Positions 25,232 to 39,207 of a stretch of 64,000 nt of DNA are shown one piece after another. Under the pieces are notes generated by a model. It saw nothing but the letters and a program-made list of their open reading frames with translations. It was not told the DNA's origin and did not search any database. Source of the DNA: Eledone cirrhosa (Eukaryota); assembly GCA_964016885.1 (NCBI GenBank), contig OZ024741.1:165850001-165914000 (forward strand). The letters run 5' to 3'. How positions within the stretch are numbered: the stretch's first letter is position 1; the number at the start of each line of letters is the position of its first letter. The translations under genes were made by a program, and so were the position numbers.

Positions 25232-27137
25232 CAAGAATTATCGTGAACACTGATTTTTCTTTTCATTACATATTCCATTAATAATTTCTGTCATTAGACT
25301 GTGGCTATGCTGAAGCACTATCTAATTGATGGTGACCTCACTACATTAAGTACATTAACTTGTACTTAACATACTGGTCTAGATACACTAGATAAGGTGT
25401 TCAGTGTTTATCTCATTGCCCACATCAAATGTAATAGTTGTTTTTGGTATGCGCCATATCAAGTGGATGTCATCTTTTATTCTAATACTGGCAGAGTTGC
25501 TAGAATCTAAGATAAAATACCTTGCACTGTACACTGAGTTCAAATCCCACCAAAATACTAGTTGAGGATAATGGATTGATAGAAGTGTTCGAGCATTGGA
25601 CAATATACCTTATGGTATTTATTTCATATCTTTATATTCTGAGTTCAAATTATGCTGTGGTTTACTTGGGTGTCAGACCTAATCTGTGGCACAGATTAAT
25701 ACCACTACCTGACCCTTGGTTGTTTTCAGCAGTCTATTCTGTTACAAGCATTCTAACTAAGTCTCTAGTTTGAGGATATCTTCCTCCTTACTTCCCACCC
25801 AACTACCAGACTTGCAGGCCCTAAAAATGGTCATGGACACTGCCATTTTCTCCCTCAGTAAATAGTTCATTCATTTGACCTGTAACTGCTGGTCGAGTTA
25901 TAGGGGTGCCATAGAATTCTAAAACTGATGGAGCTCATCCCTTTTCAGGCCTGAACATAGCTGGTTTCTTCCAAAGAGAGGAAGTGAGAAAGAGATCTAG
26001 AAGAAGAACCTACCCCAGTATTGGACAGTGGTTTTTTTTTATTGACCTCAAAAGATGAAATGCAAGTTGACCTCAGTGAGATTTGAACTCAGAGCACAGA
26101 GAACCAAAACAAATATTGCAAAGCAGTTTATCTGATGTTCTATTGGTGCCTTTGATTAAGTAGTAAAAAAAAACAACAACATTTTATTGATCTTTGACAC
26201 CTGAAACATACCTAAGATATATATTTTTACACAGAATTATATAAGGTACCAGTTATATCTGGTCACAAATGTATTCTAATGATCTATCAGAGAAGTTCAC
26301 CTTTTTAATACCAAACTGCCTGAAACAGCCCTTATCTTTATGATACAAAAATAATTGTTTTAAAGTAATTGTATTGCTATAAAAATGTTTAAGTTATGTT
26401 CAAAATTCTTAATTTTTTTCTAGCAATGGTACAAAGCCAGCAATTTGGAGGAAGAGAAATGTTGATTTTATCGACCCCAGTACTTTACTGACGCTTTATT
26501 TTATAGACCCTGAAGGCTGAAAGGCAAAATTGACCTAGGTGACATTTGAACTCAGAATGTAGAAAGTTGTAGGTAAAAACTGCAAAACATTTTATCTGAT
26601 CCTCTAGCAATAATGCCAATCTATTTTCTTCAAAATGTCAACTTAATAATGAGAAAGTTATATTACTAATTCCTTCCAAATTCTTAATTATTTCCCTAAA
26701 CTAAATCATAGGTAGTTTCTTTTATTAAAAATACTAGCAGAAAAATCACCCTACGGGTGGTTTTCTGCTAACGTGTGTAGTGTGTATATTGATATTATAC
26801 ACAAATATATATGCATGTAAATATGATACATCAAATAAAATCGTAATTGACAATATACTAAGAAATTGAACAAAGCCTATGTTACACTGTCTTCTGTAAT
26901 CAGTAATCCATGATATATTTAAAAAAAAGACGACGTTATATATAAACTGCATTAGGAGAAAATTAGCGATGGAAATATATGCGATTATAAGTGTTATAAT
27001 ATAACTGCCGCTATCCGGAAGTGTTGACATTTGATAACTTTAAAGATTAAGCTATAAAATATATTTAATCAACAGCCACAAAATTTAGCACATAAATTAT
27101 GTAATATTCATTCATTATTTACTCAAAGTAATCCAAC

Positions 27138-27238
27138 GAGGTTCACTTTGCCTTTCATCCTTACGGGGTCGATAAAAAAAAGTACCAGTAATGCACTGGG
27201 TATTTGCTGGCCTTGTGCCTAAAGTAGAAACAATTATA
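27138..27238 (+). mobile_element. 5'-truncated Meta-like SINE with 18-bp TSD
   Basis: TACTCAAAGTAATCCAAC on both sides. Confidence 0.85.
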
Positions 27239-28409
27239 TACTCAAAGTAATCCAACTTATTTTACAAACGGGGTAAGAAAATATATTCTGGACGCAATCC
27301 TGCAGATCTTCCTTTATTATAGTTAAGATAGTAATGAACAGCTTAATATTTCTAAGTCAAGCTGTGTGACTTCGATTTATCAAAAGTCAAGCAGGTGTTG
27401 TGTGTTGGACATGAATTTTGTATATTAAAACAGTGATTCTCAACATTTTCACTACCACGGATCCTCTTTTAATAGAAATGAATCCCCCCCCCCGTTATCC
27501 TTCACTCCACCCTACCCCACTACAATCACTCCCCTCTCAGATTGTGATGAGTTAGTTATTTAGTGTGTGTGTGACGGGGAGAGGGGTGAAAGCATAAATG
27601 TCAGCAACCTATACTAGCTTTACCATAATGATATACACCTGGACAATGTGGGAGAACTCCAGGTGCCAGCCTGTCTTATAGTCCCTGTAGATAATATACA
27701 GAAAGTGTTACCCAGGAAGATAGCAAGAGAGACTTGTTGAAATAGCCATCCTAACTCACGGGGCTCATTTCACCACAATAGCAAATTGTAATAGAGTCGA
27801 CCAAAAGTGAGAAATATTTATAATTAGAGAAGAATGGATGCTCAATACTGTGTGTATATTATGTATTTGAAATTTGAATTTAGCTCACAGACCACTATGT
27901 TGATAACTGCTGTGTTAAAATATATATTACCAAAGCATAGAATGCAATGAGATTTGGCTGTTAAACTGTCTCATAACATAGCCAAGGTTTATTCAATATC
28001 ATGAATAATTTCCCACAAGAGATAGAATGGATAGTTTAGTATAATAAAATCATTAATCATTTAGCTCAGATAAGAAAATACCTGATTGTTATTGCTGCTT
28101 TTATTCTTCTTATGAAATAGCTTCAGCCAACCATTTCAGCAGACTTATGGAGGCCTACAGGTAAAATAATCCATCTACCACAAAACATTAAATAATCAAA
28201 CATTACTTGAGCGGTATAAGAAATACCCTCCATCACTTTTAGATGATGAGTGTTCTAGTTTTTAAAATATCTTGCACGTGGCTGAGTATTCCATGGTCAT
28301 ATATACCCTTAACATAAGATTCAGCATGACACAGAGTGCAAAAAAGGTTACCCTTTGAAATACAGGTACAATCTGACAGGCTTCCACAGTTCCCACCTAC
28401 CTAATGTTA

Positions 28410-28915
28410 TTTATACAGTCCACACTGTTAAGTGGTCGTGTAAGGAAAAAGTGCTGAACCAACACTGTAAAGTGGTCGTATAGGTGTCACAACAAATAAC
28501 ACCAAGGTCCACACTGTAAAGTGGTCATGTAGGTGTCACGACAAATATCACCCAGTCCACACAGTAAAGTGGTCATGTAGGTGTCATGACAAAAAGCACC
28601 CAGTACTCAGTGTAAAGTGGTCGTGTAGGTGTCATTACAAAAGCACCCAGTACTCAGTGTAAAGTGGTCGTGTAGGTGTCATTACAAAAGCACCCAGTCC
28701 ACTGTGAAGTGGGTGTGTAGGAGTCATGACAAAAAACACCCAGTACTCACTGTAAATGAGGTTGGTGCTAGGAAGGGTATCCAGCTGTAGAAACCAAGCC
28801 AAAATCGATTCTGTATGAGCTTGACATGGTCACCTGACCATGGCATTGCTCACAATAGGATAACTTGTCTAACCCATGCCAGCGTGGAAGAGTAGATGTT
28901 AAACGGTGACGATGA
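28410..28915 (+). mobile_element. Bipartite RTE-derived element with about 7 internal ~46-bp repeats
   Basis: CACTGTAAAGTGGTCRTGTAGGTGTCAYGACAAAA units; GGAAGGGTATCC core; GAT tail. Confidence 0.8.
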
Positions 28916-30737
28916 AGGCTTGGATTAATCCAACACTATAGTAAAAAAAAAAATGAACATCCAAAATGTCATGCCACGTGATAGAACCCACAACCTCATT
29001 GTTGTAAAACAAATTCCTTAATGATTCAGCCATGAGAAGTGTAATTGTACCCAAACAAACAAATGTCATCTGTCATGCAGGGTTATAATGTCACCTTCAA
29101 ATATGAAAGAGTTAAACAAAACGTTTGAAAGTAGTTCAAAAATTATGTTGCTAAGTAGATGAGAAATAAATGTCCCCTCGCTTACATATTTTTCTGTACT
29201 CAAAAAATATACTGACTGCATTTTATCAGGGCACCCGCACTAAGCAGGTTGTCATGTCTTTGACAAAACAGAAGAGTCCTCTAGATCCATTCTTTGACAA
29301 ATTTTCTATAGCTGAATTCCCTTCTTATCATCAAACACTTTTACAGAATATACTGGGTGCATTTTATCATGTCCCTAACACTAGTCATGTTGTTATGCCC
29401 CTGACCACAGGTGTAACTAGGGTAATGTAAGCAGGATATGTGCCATGGACGTCACTTGGACTAGGAGCATGTTCTATTAAAGTCAAATAAGCCTCGTTGG
29501 AGAGTGAAAAAAGAAACTCCTTCTGATGTATTATCATGGGTGAGAACACTATGGTGGCTGGATCATTAAACCATTCATATACATTATTAGGCCCATAGGT
29601 AAAAATAAAGTGATGGGAACTACATGATCACAGGCATATCTCATGGTATGACTTGTCAAATATTCTAATAGGGTTTTAATATTTGTCAAAGATCAGTATT
29701 ACACAGATCACTCCCTTTAAATGCACTAACACTAACCAATAGTTTACGTAAAGGATACCTGTAGGACAAATGAAAATTCAGTTTAATATCCTAAACCAGG
29801 CATGTCAAACATGCAGCCCTTTACAAGCACACCAGCGACACGCACAAAGGTTTTTACAGCGAAAGCGTAATATTTAAAAAATATTATGTGCGGAATTAGT
29901 TATGTGTGGCCCTCAGACAACATATATGTGACCCATGTAGCCCTCGGGGGACCCTCAGTTTGACATGACTGCCATAAACCCTCATTTATTTAAACTGCGC
30001 TGTCAATCCCATTGTCTAATAACTACTATATAGCTTGCTGCATGGGCAGGGGCGCAATTTCAATGCTTGCCAAAGGCGCTATCTTCCGTTGTTACACCCC
30101 TGCTAAAATGTCATGGGTGTATGACAAACAAGATAGAATTTGAACAGGTGAAGGGATAGGTGGAGTGGTTTCAGATAGAGTAAGGGGTACTGTGATGATG
30201 CAAACCATAATAAAGAATTATTACTGGTGTGCGTTAAAATTTAAGCGAAGTGGGGGTATTCCTGGATAAGAGAGGACTTATAGTGGGATGTAGAGATGGT
30301 GAACGTAGTTATTATGGCACGGTGGTGGAGGGGCGAGACAGAACAAGTGAATGTGTCGGGTCACATTTGTATGCCGGTAAGTTATATATATATATATATA
30401 TACTTCTACATTGTCATTGGATTAAATCGAACCAAACAGTTTATGTTGTGTATTTAAAGCAATAGAACGATAACTGTTTCATTTTTATGGCGGAGTAACA
30501 TTTAGAATATTAATTTAATATGAAAAGTTTTCAACCAATACAAAAAATAACTTAAAAAACAAAAACATTTCGAATTTCACTAAAAGGAAAAAAAACATAC
30601 GAAATGAAACAAACATGGAGATTCAGACTAGAAAGTTAGAATTAATGTTTATGGTTAGGAAATATGAAACATGTTTGAAAAAAAAATTTGTTTGAATGAC
30701 ATAAAAAATGATTCGAACTAAAATATTCAAGGAAATT

Positions 30738-30930
30738 CTTACAGGTTGTCGAGCAAGATTAAATAGTATATGGAAAACAGCCGACACACATACGAAGCCA
30801 TGCCAGGTTCACTGACAGTTTCAATCAATATACGAGACAAACACGTGTAGAAATAGCTGTAATAGTAGTATTAGTAGTAGCGAATATTTACGACTGCTGG
30901 TCTAAACAAGTATTGGCGGGAGAGTTTTGT
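30738..30930 (-). promoter_or_regulatory. Possible promoter and first exon of a minus-strand host gene
   Basis: TTGGCGGGA (E2F-like) at 30913; ATG ORF MASYVCRLFSIYYLILLDNL ends at a GTAAG donor; apparent CpG-retention boundary. Confidence 0.25.
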
Positions 30931-31040
30931 TCAAGCAACTCGGATATTTCAACATGTTCTATAGGTAAATCAGTTATATATATTATACCTATAGGATGTT
31001 GATTAAATATAACTTTACCACAGGCATATATATATATATA

Positions 31041-31118
31041 AGTATTAATAAAATAGATGTTATTTTGATCAATTACAGATCATCTATTGATCAAAAGAAC
31101 ATCTATTTTATTAATACT
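31041..31118. repeat. Palindrome (33-bp arms) next to (TA)n
   Basis: AGTATTAATAAAATAGATGTT...AACATCTATTTTATTAATACT; TTGAGTGC motif downstream. Confidence 0.8.
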
Positions 31119-31412
31119 CATATTAATAACTCCTGAAAATTATTTTTTCGGTTGAGTGCTTCCAATCTACTGTAAAAATCATTCTTTGACATAATTCATT
31201 GAATATTGTTTAACAATTTAATACTTATATATATATATATATATATTTATATCATATATATTGTATTTAAAAATTTTATTTGAATGAAAATATAAACACA
31301 AATAATAAATACAATTAATTATAGCTAGGAACTTTATAAATATAATACACAAAAATATATAATCAAAGCGACAGGACAAAAACCATTGGTGTGCTTTTTT
31401 TCTCTAGCTTTG

Positions 31413-31456
<44 letters not shown>

Positions 31457-31589
31457 AATAATTGTTTCTATTTTAGGCACAAGGCCAGCAATATATATAT
31501 ATAAGAATAATTGTTTCTACCTTTGGCACAAGGCCAGCAATTCACCAGTACATTACTGGTACTTTATTTTATCGACCCCGCAATATAAG

Positions 31590-31852
31590 AATAATAAGTA
31601 TGGACGAGGTGTCAAATTTTCATTCCGTTTAATCAAGTGTGATGCGCGTTTCGCGACTGATCAGCTCAAGGTTCGATCTCTATCGATCGGGCCCGACTCT
31701 GGAATGAAAAGCTCACCAAACTTCATTAAGCTGATGAGCTTTTGATTCCAGAGTTGGGCCCGATCGATAGAGATCGAACCTTGACCTGATCAATTGCGCG
31801 TCTCACCTGAATAAGTGTAATGAATATTTGACACTTCATCCATATTATTATT
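31590..31852. repeat. Palindrome (about 120-bp arms) of a PLE-like repeat with CTGATGA at the apex
   Basis: Arms pair (GGGCCCGACTCTGGAAT/ATTCCAGAGTTGGGCCC); single copy at 34715-34850. Confidence 0.85.
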
Positions 31853-31937
31853 ATCATTACACCCCCAAAGTACATACTGGGGACTATGCATCGAGTGCTC
31901 GCTTTGGTGAACCAACAGAAACTTGACTTTACAATCG

Positions 31938-31991
<54 letters not shown>

Positions 31992-32435
31992 TGATACCCG
32001 TGAAAATTATGGAATTTATAGTAGAAAAAATATTTTATCTAATAATCACTTAATTACAACATTCCATGTAAAGATGGTTGAATCCTCAAGTTTTCTTTGA
32101 TCTTCTCCCGATAGTCACTCCGCTTTTATTTTACATTCATTTAAATCAGTTGGAATAACTATCATAATTATTTTCTTTAATCATTATCAAACATATGCTG
32201 CATGATAGTGAAACATGGGCTGTGATGGCAGAAGACATGCATAGAGTGGAGCAACCACGCTTCGTTGGATGTGAAATGTAAGTGAGAGAAAGGCAGAGCG
32301 TGGACAACCTGAGAGAGCATGCTGCTACGATCGTCTCTGGGTCAAAAACACTTTTCTTCTCTGTTTTTTATTTGCTTTTTTCCTTAAAGCCTCTTGGAAT
32401 GTGTTCACCATCATTCTGTTGGTATACATCTATTA

Positions 32436-32506
32436 TGCAATTTACACCTGAAGATGTCACCGGGTTCTTACGTAACCTGGCCACTGAAATGTGCATAGTG
32501 TTTGCA
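32436..32506 (+). ncRNA. Type I hammerhead ribozyme motif
   Basis: ACAC-CTGAAGA-stem II (CCGGGTT/AACCTGG)-GAAA-TGTGCA-TA-GTGT; extra pairing TGCAA/TTGCA. Confidence 0.7.
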
Positions 32507-32905
32507 GAAATAAACAATTAAGGAAATTCAACCTGTCAGGCCTCCTGTCATTTTACTTTATATTATCATCATCATCATCATCATTTCATTTTACTTTTCC
32601 CTGCTTGCAAGGATGGGACGGGAACTGATTCTGGCTTCATTTCTACAGCTGGATGCCCTTCCTAACACCAACCTCATTTACAGTGAGTGCTGGGTGCTTT
32701 TATGCCGTGGACCCTCCACAACCACTTTGCAGTGGAATGATAGGGACCCTAGTCCCTATCATCTCATTTCTACAGCTGAGTAAACTGGAGCAATGTGAAA
32801 TAAAGTGTCTTGCTCAAGGAAACAACACATCACCCAGTCTGGGAATTGAACTCACAACCTTTCGATTGCAAGGCCAATGCTCTAACCACTAAGCCATGTG
32901 CCTCA

Positions 32906-32936
<31 letters not shown>

Positions 32937-33284
32937 AAATTTAATATGGAAATGGCTTCTGCAGGACTAGAACTGTTTCATTCGAAGGGAATCATCAGGA
33001 AAGCCCTTTGTATGTATAAATTATATGAATAAGATCTCAACACAAATGCATGCTACCTAAGGTTTTAAACTACAACCAGCATAGGACATAGATATTCTAT
33101 GTCTGCTAGTTTAGTTATCATTGGGCTTTGGCTCTGGACATTGCATAGAGCACATTTTTTTTCTTAATCTATTTCTTTGGAAACTTTTGACTATATATAT
33201 ATGTGTGTGTGTGTATATATATACATGTATGTATGTATGTATATATATATAGGTATATGTATGTGTATATATATAGGCATATGT

Positions 33285-33317
<33 letters not shown>

Positions 33318-33336
33318 AATATATGTATATATGTAT

Positions 33337-33734
33337 CAGTGGCGAAGGGTAACCTGGAAAGCAGGACATGCAGTCCAATCGCCATGATGGCGGAAAGTGG
33401 GGCTATGCAGCCTTACCCCCCCCCCCCCCCAATTCCCTCTAAATAACCATCCCGGTGTCTACGATTTAGCAAGCAGCCAAAATTCTGCTTGCTTCAACCG
33501 ATGCTGTCGTGTGTTTGTGTGTGTGTGTGTTATCTTTTTATGTGTCTACGATTTAGTAAGCAGCCAAAATTCTGCTTGCTTCAACCGACGCTGTTGTGTG
33601 TATGTGTGTGTGTGTGTGTGTGTTATCTTTTTATGTGTCTACGATTTAGTAAGCAGCCAAAATTCTGCTTGCTTCAACCGACGCAATTGATCAACTCAAG
33701 ATTCTATAACACATGCACGCACCCTTCGCCCCTG
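33337..33734. mobile_element. hAT MITE with three internal tandem units
   Basis: TIR CAGKGGCGAAGGGT; perfect 8-bp TSD ATATGTAT. Confidence 0.85.
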
Positions 33735-33974
33735 ATATGTATATAACGAAGGAGTTGTGGTAAGGAACCAGATGGACCATAATGCACCAGAGTACTCAAT
33801 ACTTAGGGTAGTAGAGTGAGTATATATATATATATATAATCATCATCATTTAATGCCTGCTTTCCCTGCTTGCAACTGTTGAAAAAAAAATATATATATA
33901 TAATTTCAACCCTTGCTATCAGGGAAAGCGGACATTAAATGATGATGATAGTATAGGAGGTGACATAAAACCTC

Positions 33975-34270
33975 ATGAACTTAAAGATATACTCCTCAAC
34001 AAATCTCATTCACCATCTTTGATAGATAATGGAATACAACAAACCAAGGCAATTGATGTTTGGATATTAAGACAAACAAAAGATAATAAATGTCTACCAG
34101 AATTGAAAGTGTTAGCATATGCCTCTACTCAGAATACTAGAAACAATGACGCTTACAATATTAATTTTCAAAATATACTGATACTGAAGAAGGTTGAATC
34201 AATTTTTATACATGCATACTATTATAAAAAATAAAAGACAGCCAAAATCACTGAAAAGAATATTAACCAA
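33975..34270 (+). pseudogene. Penelope-like element RT thumb/linker remnant
   Basis: ELKDILLNKSHSPSLIDNGI...AYASTQNTRNNDAYNI...KRQPKSLKRILT. Confidence 0.65.
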
Positions 34271-34965
34271 TACCAATATCAATATCAAATTATGTTAACC
34301 GTTTTAATACCAACCTAGCCAAAACCAGCTCTGATTTTATGAACCAAAACTATCCATTACCAAATACAGGAGGCACTTGAAGATGGCCAGTGAGCATCAC
34401 AGCTAAAAATGTTATGATTATAACCAACATGAGGACACTAGTCTGACTATATTAGTATATAATAAACATTTTCATCTCATACATATAAATTAATAATTGT
34501 TTCTACCTTCACCTTTGGCACAAGGCCAGTAATTTGGGGGAGAGGGAAAAGTTGATTAAATCGACCCCAGTACGTTACTGGTGCCTTATTTTATCGACCC
34601 CCGTAAGGATGAAAGGCAAAGGTAACTTCGGCAGGATTTGAACTCAGACCGTAAAGGGCCGTAACTCTAAGCTGCAAGGCATGGTGTCTGACTCTCTACT
34701 AATACTACCAATAATTAATAGTATGTATGGATGAGGTGTCAAATTTTCATTGATTTTATTCAGGTGTGACGCGTGTTTCACAATGGATGAGCTCATGGTT
34801 CGATCCTATTGATTGGGCCCAACTCTGGAATCAAAAGCTCATCAGACTTCTGTTTGCTTAAATTATATGTATGTATATATATATATATATAACAAAGAGG
34901 GTGTGGTAAGATACCAGGTGGACCATAACGCACCAGAGTACTTGATACTGGGGATAGGGTGGCTA

Positions 34966-35090
34966 ATATGAAAAGATTCAGGACTCTGACAGCTGAGCTC
35001 CGGCCATTTCGAGAGCTAGATCCAAACTGTTAAGATCTAGCTGTCGAAACGGCCGGAGCTCAGCCGTTGGGGTCCTAAATCTTTTCATAT
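34966..35090. repeat. Palindrome mirroring a hammerhead 3' half (family B)
   Basis: Right arm AGCTGTC-GAAACGGC...GCCGTT-GGGGTC; centre at putative stem II. Confidence 0.8.
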
Positions 35091-35470
35091 ATATATATAT
35101 CATCATCATCACCATCACCATTTAATGTCCATTTTTCCATGCTACCATGGGTTAGATGAGTTGCCCCATTATGAAGCAAGCCAGATTAGATGTGCCTTAG
35201 TGTGTTGCTCATACAGAGCTTGGTTTCTACGTCTTGATGCACTTCCTAATACCAACCACATTTACAATGTGGACTGGGTGCTTTTTATCATGACACCTGC
35301 ACCACCACTTTATACTGTGGACTAGGCGCTTTTTGTTGACACCAACACGACCACTTTATAGTGTGGACTGGGCATCTTTTGTTGACAACTATATGACCAC
35401 TTTAAAGTGTGTACTGGGGGCTGGGTGGAGGTATAGGGACGTGGATGAAGGGTGGGGGTGTGTGTGTATA

Positions 35471-36129
35471 CAGTGTTGTGCATAATTTAGAGACCATCTG
35501 CAATTTAGATGTCATATTATTAGTAACCTTAGTATACATATACACAATCATTGATGGTCTGGGGGTCAATAAGCATAAAGGGACAAGCTGCACTGACCAT
35601 AATTCCAGCAGGATGACTGGAAATACAAACATGTATTTGGAAATTATACAAGAAAAGATCCCATTCTGGATGGAGAAGCATGGTTGCAAGATATATCAAC
35701 AAGATAGTTCCCCTTGCCATAGGGCAAAAACCATTAACCAATTTTTTTTGAGAATCTGATATTGAAATGCTGACACCTTGGTCAAGTCCTGACTTAAGCC
35801 CAATTGAAAACTGTTGGAAATTGATGAAAGACAAAGTTGCCAAGCTAAATCCCAGCTCAATTACATATTTACAACAAAAAATTATTACTGTATGAACACA
35901 ACACACTCCTAAATATTGTGCTTCCTTGGTGAACTCAATGACTTGCAGAATTGCTGCATTAATTGCTGCTAAAGGTCATCAAACAAAGTTCTAATTTGGA
36001 AGAGTCAATTTGTAGCATAATGCTTTGTGTTGTATGTTTGTAATTCTATACTATTTTTATCTAATAATTGTACCTTGTTCAATACTAACCTAATGAAATT
36101 ATTGGGATGGTCTCTGAATTATGCACAAC

Positions 36130-36133
<4 letters not shown>
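35471..36133 (+). mobile_element. Internally deleted Tc1 (DD34E-type) transposon
   Basis: TIR CAGTGTTGTGCATAATT; QQDSSPCH and SPDLSPIENCW motifs. Confidence 0.85.
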
Positions 36134-36169
<36 letters not shown>

Positions 36170-36194
36170 TGTAATAAACATCATAAGATAATTA

Positions 36195-36253
36195 TTCGAT
36201 TTACCAGTAGTTTCTTGAAAGCAAACAAATCTGCTTTCAGTCATCAGAATGAA
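36195..36253 (-). ncRNA. Type I hammerhead ribozyme motif (family C)
   Basis: TTCATT-CTGATGA-C-TGAAAGCA...TGCTTTCA-A-GAAA-CTACTGG-TA-AATCGAA; lies between (TA)n tracts. Confidence 0.7.
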
Positions 36254-36306
36254 AAAATCCTGGTGTTTTTATTGAATGTGGATTTGAAAAACATATATAT
36301 ATTTTA

Positions 36307-36373
<67 letters not shown>

Positions 36374-36546
36374 TGGCAGACATTAGTCTTAAGCCAACCT
36401 TTCTCTTTCTCATCATGAAGCAACATGTAGCCCCTTACTCATGCCCTACCCCCCCCCCCCCCCCACCATGTCACTGCCTCCCACAGCCTCCAAATGTCAA
36501 AAATGGAATTGCTAGTGCCACAATAAAATTTGTTCATGTAAATAAT

Positions 36547-36662
36547 TGTTTCTACTTTTGGCACAAGGCCAGCAATTATCCAGTACTTGACTGGTACTTT
36601 ATTTTATCGACCCCGTAAGGATGAAAGGCAAAGTTAACCTCGGCGGGATTTGAACTCAGAGT
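36547..36662 (-). mobile_element. Meta-like SINE with 16-bp TSD beside a decayed RT fragment
   Basis: TGTTCATGTAAATAAT on both sides; GVELRQGCIL RT motif at 36680-36740 (-). Confidence 0.75.
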
Positions 36663-36859
36663 GTTCATGTAAATAATGAACAGGAGAACAGTATGCACCC
36701 TTGGCGGAGTTCAACTCCGACATTGAATGGTTTCGATATAGCACTATGTATGTGAAAGCAAATACTCGGAAATTTGTATAGAGACATCAGGGCAACAAAG
36801 GGACTGTCCCTTTGTCCTCTGCACCCCCCCCCCCCCCGTTTTGGATATATGCTATGCAG

Positions 36860-37282
36860 TAATACAGAAGACCCACCTTCCTTACGTACAAACTTAAACC
36901 TAGTCAGTAGGCACCTCTTAATCAAATATACACCCCACCTCACAACCCCTTACTCCATCCCCCCACCACTCTTTCTCTGTAAAGTTATGTTGATACCACA
37001 GAACATCCAGTCCACACTTTAAAGTGGTCATGTAGGTGACATGACAAAAAGCACCCAGTCCACACTGTAAAGTGGTCATGTTGGAGACATGGTAAAAAGG
37101 CTCCCAGTCCATACTGTAAATGTGGTTGGCGTTAGGAAGGACATCCAGCCGAAGAAAACCTGCCAGATACAGTTCTATACGAGCGAGACACGGTCACCTG
37201 ATCAACCTTGCCTCAAGTGGGACAATCCCGTCTAACCCATGCTAAGCATGGAAGATAGATGTTAAATGATGATGATGATGAT
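36860..37282 (+). mobile_element. Bipartite RTE-derived element
   Basis: Similar to the reverse complement of 595-1010; (GAT)n tail. Confidence 0.8.
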
Positions 37283-38501
37283 ATATATATATACACACAC
37301 ACACATAAACATGTATATATTTATATATAAATCACCATCATTATCATCATTTAATGTTCATTTTCCTGCTAGAAAGAGTTGGACAGGTTGTCAGTGCAAG
37401 TGAGTACTGAGAAGGAGCTTCTGACCTCTCAGATAAGCTGGTGGCCTGCACCTCACTCACTTATGTTCCCACACTCTACTGAATGCTCTGGTGAGTTGGG
37501 GTACCATATCTCATTCACAAAATGTTCCTATGTTTTACCAAGTGCATTTTATTATGACAACACCACAAAGGGTGTTAAGACTTTAACACAGCTGAAGAAT
37601 CCTTCCAGCTCTTGGTTTGGCAATTTTTCTATAGCTGCATGCCCTTCATATCACCAACTATTTGTGTTTATGTAGATTACCAACACTAGAGAAGTTGTCA
37701 TGTACTTAACACAAATAAAGAATATTCCTGACCCTTTGTTCAGCAAGTTATTTACAACTGGATGCCCTTCCTATCATCAACCACTTTATAGTGTACTGGG
37801 GGCATTTATCATGTAAATCACCAACACTAGGGAGGTTATCATGCCCTTAACACCACTGGGGAGTCCTCGTGTCTCTTTTAGCATAGTTTCTATAGCAAGA
37901 TACCCTTCTTATCGCCAACCACCTTACAGGGTACATTTCTTGTGACACCAGCACTAGGAAGGTTTCAACTGAAGAGCACCATTCCTACTCAACTGACGAT
38001 ATGAAGATATTCTTATATATGTATATACATATATAGGATAAGGATAAAGATCCTTATATCTCTGCCAGTCACTCTCTCTCAGCTGGCCTCTTCCCCACAC
38101 TTTCTCTCACTCACTCTCTGCTACTCCCCCTCTCTCACTTCCTCCCGTCTGACCAGTGTGAAATCCTTTTCTCGCTCACATTTCACAGGGTCTGGACGCG
38201 TCTTTTTCTCGTCCACGATTTGCTCGAACTTAAGTTCACAGATATCACGGACTTGTCTCCCATCTTCCTCTCTTTCCGTTGCCTTACCATCTCTATTTGT
38301 TTACATGTCTCACTTTCTCACCCAATTCTACTTGTCCCAATAACTTTTTTTTAGTTATTGCTCGCCCCAGCCGGAGGTATATGGTCTTTAATGCGAAGAA
38401 ATACCGATGATGGCTGGAAGATCACTGATGACGGACAGTCCTGTCTTCTTGCTCTAATTTTATTCATATGTATCCCATTTGCAACAACGCAGCACGCCAT
38501 T

Positions 38502-38550
<49 letters not shown>

Positions 38551-39151
38551 CACATATACATACAGAGGAAGTGGGAGATATTATGCGGTTAAGAAGTTCG
38601 CTTTGCAACCATGTGATTCTAGTTTCAATCCCACTGCACCACAATTTGGTGAAGCGCCTCAGAGTTGACCAACGCTGTATGAGTGGAAATTTATGGGACG
38701 GAGAACGCAAGAAGCCCATTCCGTGTGTACGTGTGTGTGTATATATATATACATTTATATATATATATAGAGAGAGAGAGAGATGGGGAGTGGTCTATGT
38801 TTGCGTCTGTTTGTGTTTATGTCGATAAAATAAGTACTAGACTTGAAAATTATAAGTACAGGAGTCAATATGATGGACTATATCAATGCGGTGCTCCAGC
38901 ATGACCACAGTCTAATGACTAAAAGACGTAAAAGATAAAATAATATATACATAATATATATATATTATATAAATACGTTCTCAACATAAACACATAGCTA
39001 CCATGGTTTGGCACAATACATAATATATATACTGATAGATATCTTTCTTTATACATAATATATATACTGATAGATAGATAAGCAGATAGATGTTATATAT
39101 ATATATAAATGGAAAGTATAGAAATTGTTGTAGCGAGAAGCTAACAGTATT

Positions 39152-39207
<56 letters not shown>

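Noticed and set aside
34760-34850. Minus-strand CTGATGA...GAAACACGCGTC as a functional hammerhead
   Set aside because: Stem I is only about 2 bp and the core can be sequestered by AGCTCATC; kept only as a palindrome family member.
38420-38450. CTGATGA followed by a GACAG/CTGTC hairpin
   Set aside because: No downstream GAAA, stem III or stem I; at best a deleted hammerhead.
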